A DNA stretch of 64,000 nt from Eledone cirrhosa (Eukaryota). Below are positions 1 to 11,254 of the stretch, in pieces (the stretch's first letter is position 1; the number at the start of each line of letters is the position of its first letter). The DNA is taken from NCBI GenBank assembly GCA_964016885.1, contig OZ024751.1, positions 21,762,001-21,826,000 on the forward strand, written 5' to 3'. The notes beneath the pieces are model-generated. The model did not search any database. It had not been told where the DNA came from and saw nothing but the letters and a program-made list of their open reading frames with translations. The position numbers and the translations under genes are program-made.

Positions 1-179
1 ATGTGATGGGTAAATGAAAAAAAAATATACAGGTTGATATCGATATTCACATAGTATCTGAGAAATTAAGTCTCATGAGGACATTCTGAGCAGTTTGCGA
101 TGAAGATTGAAGCTACCAGTTTCTTTGTTACTTTAAAATTTACCACAATTTATTTACCTCTCCTTCCTAACATCAGCTT

Positions 180-575
180 TTGCCATGACAAAAAGAACCT
201 AATCCACACTGTAAAGTGGTCATTTTGATGCTATGACAAAAGTGCACAGTCCACTGTAAAGTGGTCATTTTGATGCTATAACAAAAGTGCACAGTCCACT
301 GTAAAGTGGTCATTTTGATGCTATGACAAAAAGTGCACAGTCCACTGTAAAGTGGTCGTTTTGGTGCCATGACAAAAAGCGCCCAGTCCACCCTGTAATG
401 TGGTTATTTTGGTGCCACAATAAAAAGCACTCAGTTCACACTGTAAATAAAGTTGGAATTAGGAAGGGCATCCTGTTGTAGAAACCAACCCCAAAACAAT
501 TCTGTACGAACAAGAGACAGTCATCTAACCTGGCTAGTGTGGAAAATGTACATTAAACAGTGATGATGATGATAA
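180..575 (+). repeat. ~45-bp tandem units followed by an RTE-type SINE tail
   Basis: GTCCACTGTAAAGTGGTCATTTTGATGCTATGACAAAAAGTGCACA x5-6, then GGAAGGGCATCC...TGATGATGAT. Confidence 0.85.
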
Positions 576-2017
576 CAGTTACATACTTATGGTGTTTAGT
601 TATATACAGATATAGGTGGTCAGTTTAGCAGTGTCATTAGAGTGTTAGATATTTGTTTCAGTTCTCTACACTGACTTTAAATCTTTTATGGGGTCACTAA
701 ACAAAGCCCCAGCCCAGTGCTGGTGTAGCCATCTTTCCTTCCAGTTGTCACATCCTGGGTGTTCCTCTAGATGCAGGTACTGAGAGGAGAGAGAGAGTGT
801 GTGTGTGTATGTGTGTCGATGTCTGTTCACAATTGCATGGACACCTAAGATCCTTATTAAAATCATGGTACAGTCACCCTACTGAGCCATACTTAGTAAC
901 AAATGATGGTTTAAATACAGCAAAGCATTTCAGCTGATGCTGTAATGATTCTGCTATCATCATCATTTGTCAATTTACCACGCTTGCATGTGTTAGATAT
1001 GTCACATTGTGAGACATGTGGGGCCAGGAGATGTCTTGCTTATCATACATATATAATTGTTTCTACTAGGCACAAGGATCAACCATAATAATATGCTGCA
1101 TGTGTTTGTATATTTATACTTATATCTCCATCTCTAACTATTTAAAATTTACATACACACACATACAAAATACCTTTCCAATCTCAGTCATGTTGCTACA
1201 ATAAAAAGTTCGATTTCCAATCACAAGGTCCTGGGTTCTAACCCCGTATTTGTCCCTGTAAATTGTTATTTATCCAAAATTACTAGGGTTTCTCTTATGC
1301 AAACCATTAATTTATCAAAACCTAAATTTCCCAATTTGTATGATTGTCCATATATCCAGTAATCCTATGATACATGGCATATCAATCCTGGACTCTAAAA
1401 TTTAAATACATTTGTCACCTGAAATGTCATAAACCGAAACTATTTTTCCCATATGAAATGTTGAGAGAGAAATACAGTGCAAGAGAGACTTTATGTAAAA
1501 GACAGATAGATATCACCATAGTAACTAACTACACAGCAAGTGATGCTTTCCTGCTGACACTCCAAACTTGTTGCCGGCTTGCGTGTTCGTTACTCAAGAT
1601 ACCATTCATGAACCAAGAAGTTTTATGTTCAGAAAAATTGTTCATCAACTGATTTGTTTGTGAACTGAGGTTCCGCTGATTATTCAGCCTTATTGCTGTT
1701 ATTGTTGACAGCAGTGGTCAACTAGAATCTAAATATATCACCATACCATGTTCCAAACACTTCACTTGAAAATATGTCCACAAACACATGCTCTCTAATA
1801 GAATGCTAACACCATTCTAACAAGAACTCTTCTGAACTAATTAGTTCCTGTCTTTGACAAGTTGCAACTAAACTCATTATATAACTATAATACAAAAGAA
1901 GTTCAATCTGCTAGAAATAGCAATCATATCTACCTCAAATCACATCCTATCATTTTAACACCTTTTTGTGACTATTTGCTATGTGAATCAGCTTTCAAAC
2001 TAAATAAATACACAGTA

Positions 2018-2054
<37 letters not shown>

Positions 2055-4533
2055 TATAAGCAAACATATGCACATATACACACAAGTATATATATATATA
2101 TATCTTTTATGCACACACAGTAAAACATTGTCTCAAAACACTCTATCCAGCCCATGCTAGTATGTTAAAGTTGATGTAAAAAAAATGGTGATGATGATTT
2201 CAACTCATTAGTGAAGAATTTTGAGGTATTTACTAAAATCATTATCAAAAAGATATTTTTAACGTAACAGTCACTTAGCAGTTCAACAAACAAAGATAGA
2301 TAAAATAAGTACCAAACTTAAAGAATATGTACTAGTGTTTATATGATTGAGAAAAAACAAAACCTTCAAAGTAGTTCCCCAGTATGGCCGTAATCTAATG
2401 AAAAGAGAGTAACAAGATTGACCAACAGTAATACATATTTTCTTGGGGAAAGGTATGAAAATCACAACTTCAACCCACCCACGCTCACGTGTACTAAAAT
2501 CAATAGATCTGCTCAGCTATAAATAAACAGCATGCATCATAATTGATTTTTATCTGTTTATAGGATATATATATATATATAATATGCAAACATATGCACA
2601 CACACAGAGACAAACATATGCACATGTACGCAAAAGTGTGTATACATATATATACACAGGGTGTCCCCCAAAAATATATACACACTATTATTAGAATGCT
2701 GTTGAAGTGTGTATATATATTTTTGGGACACCCTGTATATATGTATATATATATGCAAACATATGCACACACAAACGTGAACATATACACACAAGTGTAT
2801 ATATATTATATATATATATATACACACACATACAAACATATACACAGATATATTGATCAAAATGTTCCAGCTGTGACCATCCCTGCCAACGCATACTTTT
2901 ATATTTATGTCTATAGTGTCACACTCAACACTAGCCACTAGTGGTTTTCACACAGTTGCCAGCATTCAAACCTCAAGTTCTCAATATGGGTCCTGCAAAA
3001 ATAGTAAGGGGTGGGAGGAATGAGCTAACTTTGCACTTTCTTTTCATATCTATAGTGTATTGGTGAAAAGATTGTTGGAGCCCTCCACTTACAAAATGAA
3101 TGCTCCTTAGCACCAAGACGGAGAGAAAGGGAAGAGAGGAGTGAGAGAGAGAGAAGGGGGAGAGAAATGCACCCCAGTGCTTGAGGGGTACTATATTTAT
3201 AAGCCTGAAATGGATGACAGGCAAAATTGACCTTGGTGGGATTTAAATTCAAGAGTACAGAGAGCTGGACAGGATACCACAAAGTCTTCTATCCAAAGCC
3301 CTTAATGACTCTGCCAATTCACTGCCTACAGTACTTTGTTAAAAGGGTGGATGAACTCTTCTCAAACTACAGCTACCCACCTTAAGTATGGGTTAAATAG
3401 CCTCACCAACATGCAATTGGTCAAGCATGGTGAGTGTGGATGCACCTCCAACATGACCAAAATCTAACAGCAGTGGTAGAGGGCAACCAGGGGAAGGAGT
3501 TCCTCTGACAGGAGAAGAGATTGGATTGGATTAGATGGTACTTTGTTAAAAACATAATATACACACACTATTAGGTATCCATTCTTTTCTAAGTATAAAC
3601 ACATCTCTCTTGATTGTCATTCTCCTTTTCTCCTAGCACAACAACTTGGGAGTGGAGTAATTGTAGCAGAGGGAGAGGGGCATAGAAAAATTCGTTTAAA
3701 TATAAGGGATCTGTAGTAGAGAAAAGGTTGACAAAGCACTGCTCTACCTGGTTGTTCAACCTGCTAGTATTAGCAGCCAAATTAAATTGCAGCATGTAGT
3801 CCTAGATGGAGTAATAGATACATTATGTTTATGAAAAGGATGGGATAGTCATGTCTAGAATATTTTTATTCCTGTCTGCTTCATAAAAAAAGGCCTCTTA
3901 TGAAAAATAAACATTAGCCAGCGAGTCCTTCCCTGTTTCAGCAATATATACACATATATATATACATCCATGCACACACGTGTTTGTGCAAACATGTTTA
4001 TATATTTATATATATATATACATGTTTACATATATACTATATTAGTGTTGAGTGGTTTTATTTCAGTTCAAAAATGTGTGTAGGAAGTATGATTCATTTG
4101 ATTTTGTTTTCTTTCTAGCTTTTATCAATTTCAAATTGATAAAAGTCAAGATGTTTCATTTATCCTAAAATAAACTATGTAGAGGAGAAAGATAATTGGA
4201 TATCGAGAATCAAAAACTCAACAATAGAAAAATTTTTTAAATATGTAGGAAAAAATAATAGAACTTTGCTTTTATCAATTTAAATTATTTTTCTTTCTAT
4301 TGAATTTCAATTTTAAATAGTCTTCCTTTTTTTTTTCTTTCAGCTATATTTGTGTGTGAATATGGAATAGCTTTTCTTTCAAACATCTTAAAGATACAAC
4401 TCTGTGTGTGTTGTATGTGGAACATTTGAGAGATGAGGTCTCTCTGACCTGTCTTATCTCGGACAGTGACAAGCCGTCCAACCCATGCCAGCATGGAAAG
4501 CTAACATAAAATGATGAATATATACACACACAC

Positions 4534-4564
<31 letters not shown>

Positions 4565-5849
4565 AGAGAAAGAAGGTAAGAAATAAAGGAAGAAAAGATG
4601 GAGATGGAGAGAAGAAAAGTAAAGATGAGAGAGAAATAAATAAAAATAAGAATGAGACAGAAAGAAAGAGAAGAATGTGAGAAAGATGGCAAACATACAT
4701 TCTTGGAATTCAAACAGGATTGAATGTAATATAAACAGAGAATCTATAAGCGAAACCAAAGATGAAATAGAAAGAGAAGTTTGAAGAATGCTCTTCTGTA
4801 ACAGCTGTAAATATACCCAAAGACTATTCTAGAACTGAACAATTAACTAATTTCTATAAAATTCTCATTCAGTCTAAGTGATGCTGCTAAGCTGTTTGTG
4901 GCAATTCGAGATGCCTTGTAGTGCTGGAATTTTTAACTCTGTTGTGCCTCTAACTTGACAAATGTTAAAGGAATACACACCATCACACAAACACACACAT
5001 ATATATATGTATGTATACATTCATGTACATGTGATTGTGTGTGTGTGTGTGTATATATACATGTACATACAGGATACTGAGAGGTTTTATGGAGATGGCA
5101 AACAAACTTGGCATGTTATCAAATAGGTGTGGCCTAGTCGCAAATAACCAGAAAACGACTATATCAAAGAATGTTCACCATTTTTTCCCTCTCTCATAAA
5201 CTAGATACACACACACAGATATATATATATATATATATATCCTGATAGAGGTTTCGAGACTGAAGACGAGTACATATTGGAGTGACAGGAGTCAGGCTTA
5301 TAAACATACACAAATTGTAGATAGACAGATATAGATAGAGGGGGAGAGGAGATAGAGAGAAATTAATGAAGACATAGAACGATGAAGATATATGTAGAGA
5401 GACAGACAGGCAGAATGGTAGAGATTGATAGAAATCGATAGAGAGAGTAGATGAGAAACAAACAGGCCACAGATGGACGGGTAGACGAAGATAGATAGAT
5501 AGATAGATAAACGTAAACTGTCTGATAGGTGGGGTTCAGATTCAGCCCCAGGCCTGACCAGACGTTCTGATCAAAGGCATTAGATCTGTGATCATCCATA
5601 TTTTTTAAGGCATAGTATATATAAATCACATCGGCCAACGTGCCTTTCCTTTCGTAAAAAGACATTAGAATATCGTCTGATGCAGATTTGCCTGCTCTTT
5701 CTAGCAGTCCCAACGACTGCGTAGAGACTCCCTGGTTGGTTTCAAGTGGAACTTAATCAAGATATTCGTTATCAATTGAAGTTTTATATTTTTAAAAGTA
5801 AACACCATGTAGCATATAATGTCTATATATATACAGTAAGATAACAGAA

Positions 5850-5932
5850 GTTTGATGAGCTTTTGATTTCAGAGTCGAGTCCGATCGACACAGATCGAAC
5901 CTTGAGCTGATCAATCGCGAAACGCGCGTCAC
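5850..5932 (+). ncRNA. Hammerhead ribozyme-like motif (same long-helix-II family; C3>U)
   Basis: gt-TTGATGA-gc...gc-GAAAC-GCGC-GTC-ac with palindromic loop III. Confidence 0.55.
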
Positions 5933-5974
5933 ACCTCGATAAATGTAATGAAAATTTGACACCTTGTCCATATC

Positions 5975-6006
<32 letters not shown>

Positions 6007-6451
6007 GTATATACACTATATATATGTATATACACTGAGTAAATTTCAAAATATCCTACAACACAGAGGAGACAACCTACAAACCTACAAACAGAAAGAA
6101 AAATGATAGTCAATTCGCAAGGGATGGCCACATTGCAATATATTCATCCATCACATGAGATGAACGAGTGAAGCAGTTAAAAGATGGCATAGTTATATAT
6201 AAACACATTTTTAAAATGTAGAAGTTAAAATTTAAACACACACACATCTTTTTTGTAGTCTGAAGAATTGCCTGTAACGAACGAATGTGTGTGTGTGTGT
6301 GTGTGCGTGTGTGTGTGCGTGTGTGTATATATATATATAATGAGGTAATTATACTGTATTGTTTATTATACATTAAATATTTAGCTCTGTAACTTACATA
6401 GAGCACTCTTCATTCCTCTGACTTTTTCAATTTTCAACGGAAACTTCAATA

Positions 6452-6515
<64 letters not shown>

Positions 6516-7067
6516 TATAGTCAGTGGTAGATATTCAGCTCGCTATACAATATTAAAGAACATAGCAGCGGAAACTCGGAGTAGCAACAAAAAGATGCCC
6601 TGTCTTCGAATAAAAGACTAAACAAGGCCAATCATGGAATGGGAATGAGTGTAAGGGAGTGTGTCGTTAATTATTAGTAATTAATATTATTATTATCTTA
6701 AATATCATAATACTTAATGAAATAAAAACTCGATTTCGGCGGGAACTGAAAGTGATTATTATGTTTTTTAATTCTTTAAACAAAGTCATGAAACTTTGGG
6801 TTTAAAGACAAAAGAAAGACGTGAACATTAGAATATACAATATCCATGCCTTTCTTTTATGCGCTAATATATAAATATATATTATAGTAATGAGTTCTAC
6901 AGGACTAGAACAGTTTCATTCGTAAGAAATCATCAGTTAAGTCCTCGGTGTCACTGATTTCTTACGAATGAAACAGTTCTAGTCCTGTAGAAACCATTTC
7001 TATAATAAAATATTTATGCCTATACGCTAATAACGTATTGAGTACCTTTTTTCAACTGGGAATCCAC

Positions 7068-7099
<32 letters not shown>

Positions 7100-7312
7100 G
7101 CTCACATGTTCGTGCGAAGATGTATAAGTATATAGCTGTTCTTTAGTATATTTTAGCCATCACGGCCAAGACCATGCTACTGCACACTTTAACTGCGTAT
7201 GTTTATATATGCGTCTATGCACGTATACATAAATACATATGTATGTGTGCGTATTTATAAATATATGTCTATGAAAGAAAAAAAAAAAGAAAACAGATAT
7301 GTTTTTAATTAC

Positions 7313-7429
7313 CGATCTTTGAAGTTCTCCAAGCCATACTGATGCATTCTCCTTGCCACTAACGTCTGGGTTATTGTATAAAGCTTGAAGTGCCTGGTGT
7401 ACCGTCTCTAAGGGCGGCGGGGACTCCAT
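7313..7429 (-). CDS. TNPO3: Transportin-3, first coding exon (gene continues beyond the window start)
   Basis: [39 protein letters not shown] matches the transportin-3 N-terminus (human ...[28 protein letters not shown]). The exon is 39 codons and ends at a phase-0 GTAATT donor. Exon 2 was not found in 1-7312. Confidence 0.92.
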
Positions 7430-9953
7430 CCTTTGATTGATTGATTGATTATTGTAATTATTGTTGTTATTGTGTTCCCTCTGCCGAACAGCGGCCGTTT
7501 CATCCAAGGTGTGTGGTGTGTGGTTCCCCAACGAGAAACCGGAAGTCCACTGCCGTAAACCGACCACCGTTACTTTTGCCCCTGCTGCCGTAAACTGGTA
7601 TACACTAATGCTTCTCTGTTGTTGCTTTCTTATTTTTTAATTCTTATTTGTTATTACGGTGGATTGGCAGTATCGGTAGAGAGTCGACACCATGCTTTGC
7701 AGCATAGTTACGGCCCTTTACGGTCTGAGTTCAAATCCCGCCGAGGTTAACTTTGCCTTTAATCCTTACGGGGTCGATAATATAAAGTACCAGTAATGTA
7801 CTAGGATAATAGTGTTAAAAGTAGAAACAATTATTTGTTATTATTCAGTCCATAATTTCTATTATAATCCATTTCCCTTCTCATCTAGTATGTTACTCTC
7901 TAGGAATATCAAATAATTTACAGTACTTGCAAATTTGTACTTTATCCTCCAGAACTGGATAGGTGAAAGGAGAAGTTGGCTACGGTGGGATTTGAACTCA
8001 GAACCTTAAGTGGATAATAACATTTGTCCGTTGGTTAATCGAAAAGAAAGACAAGACAGATTTTTTTTTTTATTATCTGTTTCTGGTGGCTGTTACTGCA
8101 ATCTCTGTGCAGTGACCTCTCATAGTCCCTCCGCGCAGAACCCTTCTTTCAAAATAAACAACACACCGTTATTTTTTTTATCACATGGTCCCATCAACAT
8201 GTATGGAAGGGTAAATAATATATAAAGATGTCTAATTTAGGCAGAAGGCCAGCAATTTGGGGGTAAAGTGGAAAGTCAATTATATAAATCCTCAGTACTC
8301 AACTGGTGCTTTGTTTTATCGACACTGGAGGGATGAAAGGCAAAATTGACTTCAGGGAGATTTGAACTCAGAACGTAGAAAATATTTTGTCCGACGTTCT
8401 ACTTATACTGCCAATCACCCGCCCTAAGACATAATATATAATGTAAACATTTTCATTATGGAAGGCTTCCGTTATATCCAATATACTTTCATTATCGAAT
8501 ATTTGCGTCACTTTTAATATAAGTGAAAGTGCGTGGCCTAATGGTTAGAGAATTGGCTTTGCGATCGTGAAGTTGCGATTCGATTCCCTGATCGGATAAT
8601 GCGTTATGTCCTTGAGCAAGACACTCCGTGTGACTCTTTCTGTCAGGAGTTGCCACCGGTAGATAGTATCAACAATGCAAAGACCGATGGAAACATTGTT
8701 TCCTTGGTCCGATTTGACGAGATCTACCACACTCGGTAAGCAAATGAGGTCTGGGATCTTGTCGATCGTTTCTCCTTAATATAAACATATATGACTGTGG
8801 TGAATATCTTTCAAATGACATGATGACATGACCCCACCACTAAATTTTAATAAAGCACCACATTTTCTCTAAAGCCAGTTAGTGTTGCGTCACAAACGCC
8901 TCTAACTAAACAGAATCGACATGTGTGAAGGCTGACCAAGCAAAAGGCGAGGTTATGTTACTGTGTATAATTTAATCTTCAGGTTTTCACAATGTATCTA
9001 CATTCGCGATTATATCTTCGATATTGTTCCATAATTAAGATTGCTAGCTGTTTATAAATGGAAGCAATGCTTGCTGGTTGCGCCTTCCTTTCCTTCTACA
9101 TATATAAACTTAGTGAAAGACATCTCTAATTAATTAAATGAGAAATAATCTATTTGTTTTTTATATACATGTTGTAGAGGGAGAGGGGTTCTTTCACGCA
9201 ATCGTACACACACACATATATATATATATATATGTAATATATATATAATTTTTAAGCTTGTTGAATCCCAACAAATTAAATATAACCTCTGCATATATAT
9301 ATATATGTGTATATATATGTGTGTGTGTGTATGTGTGTATAATTCTACCCTACATATATATTGAGTCTTTTAATTGTTTAATGTTTGTTGTTTTTAAGTA
9401 TTTTAAAATATATATTTTTAAAAACATTATACGTATATGTGCGTGGTATAGAGAAATGAGAGAGAGAGGGGAGTTGTATATGTATGTGTACTATTAGGTA
9501 CACATTCCTTTGGAAATGTTATATAAAGTAATTTAATATATTTTATTGTCAACAGTTTAAGAATCGTAATCAAATGTAGAGCTCCGAAGAAACTGTCGAA
9601 AAAGAAGTTAATTTGAAAATTTCTTTCGTGTTTTTTCGTAACCCTAGCAGATGACAGGCCTGAAACTTCGCTTATCTATATTATATTTTTTTTAATTATT
9701 ATTTTAACCTTCAATTGCTCGAATTATTATTTTTTTTTTTAATTAATATATATATATATATTTTAGCAATCGTTTCTGCCCGGGATGAACATTTGTTTTA
9801 TTTCTTTTTCTTTTTTCATCGTATCTGACAGGTCAAATGTCACTTCCGCTTCGAAGTCTCTTATTTTCATATTGCTTCCTTAGCTGTTGTTGATGTTTTG
9901 GAAATATTTCCACAAGACTTACACAAACACACTGATTCCTTCTTCAACGAACG
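7430..9953. promoter_or_regulatory. Divergent (head-to-head) promoter region of TNPO3 and WASHC3
   Basis: The start codons point away from each other, 2.5 kb apart. The region is locally CpG-richer, with ETS-type motifs ACCGGAAGT (~7538) and CACTTCCG (9841) close to each gene start. Confidence 0.6.
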
Positions 9954-10004
9954 ATGGATTCGGACGGTTTGCCCCTTGTGGGCACTGGGATTGATTATAC
10001 AAAG
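9954..10004 (+). CDS. WASHC3: WASHC3 exon 1
   Basis: MDSDGLPLVGTGIDYTK, donor GTTTAT. Confidence 0.93.
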
Positions 10005-11213
10005 GTTTATTCTCTTATTTTTACATATATTTTTCTTCGATGTTTCTGTAAATTTGTATTCAATTCTACCCTACTTAATTAAAGAGGCGTATCACAAACC
10101 AAGCAAGGGGACTGGACCTCGTACGTGGTCGCTCGATCTACTAGAATTAAAAGTTAAACCACTCTTCTGTCTTAAATAAAGTAAGAGCATATGGGACAAT
10201 GTAATCTTAGTTACACTATGTCTGAAAGACGTAAAGACAGGGTGGTCATGGTTGGTATGTATTTGAAGACTGACCGGGGCTAAACAAGACGACAGGTCTC
10301 ACAAGGTTCTTAATCGTGATGTTTAGCTTCTCTTTAACTTAGATGTTTTGTTTTCAATGACTAACATTATGCTACGTTATTTCATAAATTACTTTGTGTT
10401 TATTTCAAAAAACGCCTAATTGAGCAGATTTGTGGTCAAGACTTTTCAACCCGTAACCATGACTTCTTTTTGTATATCTAGGACTAGATTATGCAATATG
10501 TTCTTCCTTTTTAAGCTGACGGAGTGTAATACATAATTGTTTCTACTTTTGACACAAGTCCAGCAATCACTCAGTACATTACTGGTACTTTATTTTATCG
10601 ACCCCGTAAGGATGAAAGGCAAAGTCAACCTTGGAATCAAACCGCGTAATACATGGGACATGTATTTTGTGGTTTATGAACATTCTTTTAGATTAATAAT
10701 TTTACGAATCACAAGGATCCATTTATGAGATGTAAGTGGAACAAGAGACTAATTTCCATCTAGTCAGATCGTTAAAAGTCCACCGTAGATACTTGGACTA
10801 TTGACAAAAAAGAAAACAAACAAAAATCGTGTCCAACACAGTCATCTGAAGTCAAAGGTCTGTCCCGAGCCCGGAAGCTCATCAGGCCAGGTACTTATCC
10901 TCGTTTCCTTGGCGTTAAGCGATTGAGAGTACAAGACTTGCTCCCTGGATAGGACGCCAGTCCATCGCAGGCTTAAACTCCCAGCTGCATATACTGTCTG
11001 TGTATATATGTAATATGTATATATATATAACGAAGGAAATGTGGTAAGGAACCAGGTGGACCATAACGCACCAAAGTACTCAATACTTGAGGTAGTAGAG
11101 TGGGTAATAGGAACCAGTAAGACCCCGACAGCTGAGCTCAAGCCGTTTCGACGGCTAATTCCAGAATTAGCCGTCGAAACGGCTTGAGCTCAGCTGTCGG
11201 GGTCTTACTGGTT

Positions 11214-11254
<41 letters not shown>

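Noticed and set aside
2500-2941. Overlapping Tyr/Ile/Cys/His-rich ORFs (similar ones at 24.7, 40.0, 46.2, 47.4 and 55.1 kb)
   Set aside because: They are artefacts of (TA)/(CA)/(TG) microsatellites.
7430-7567. N-terminal extension of TNPO3 implied by ORF 7160..7567
   Set aside because: It begins at a non-ATG codon and crosses low-complexity sequence; homology starts at the ATG at 7429. The ORF tail past 7313 is intron read-through.
9644-9680. Possible further hammerhead (CAGATGA-caggcct-GAAAC)
   Set aside because: The core is mutated and there is no convincing stem III or cleavage triplet.
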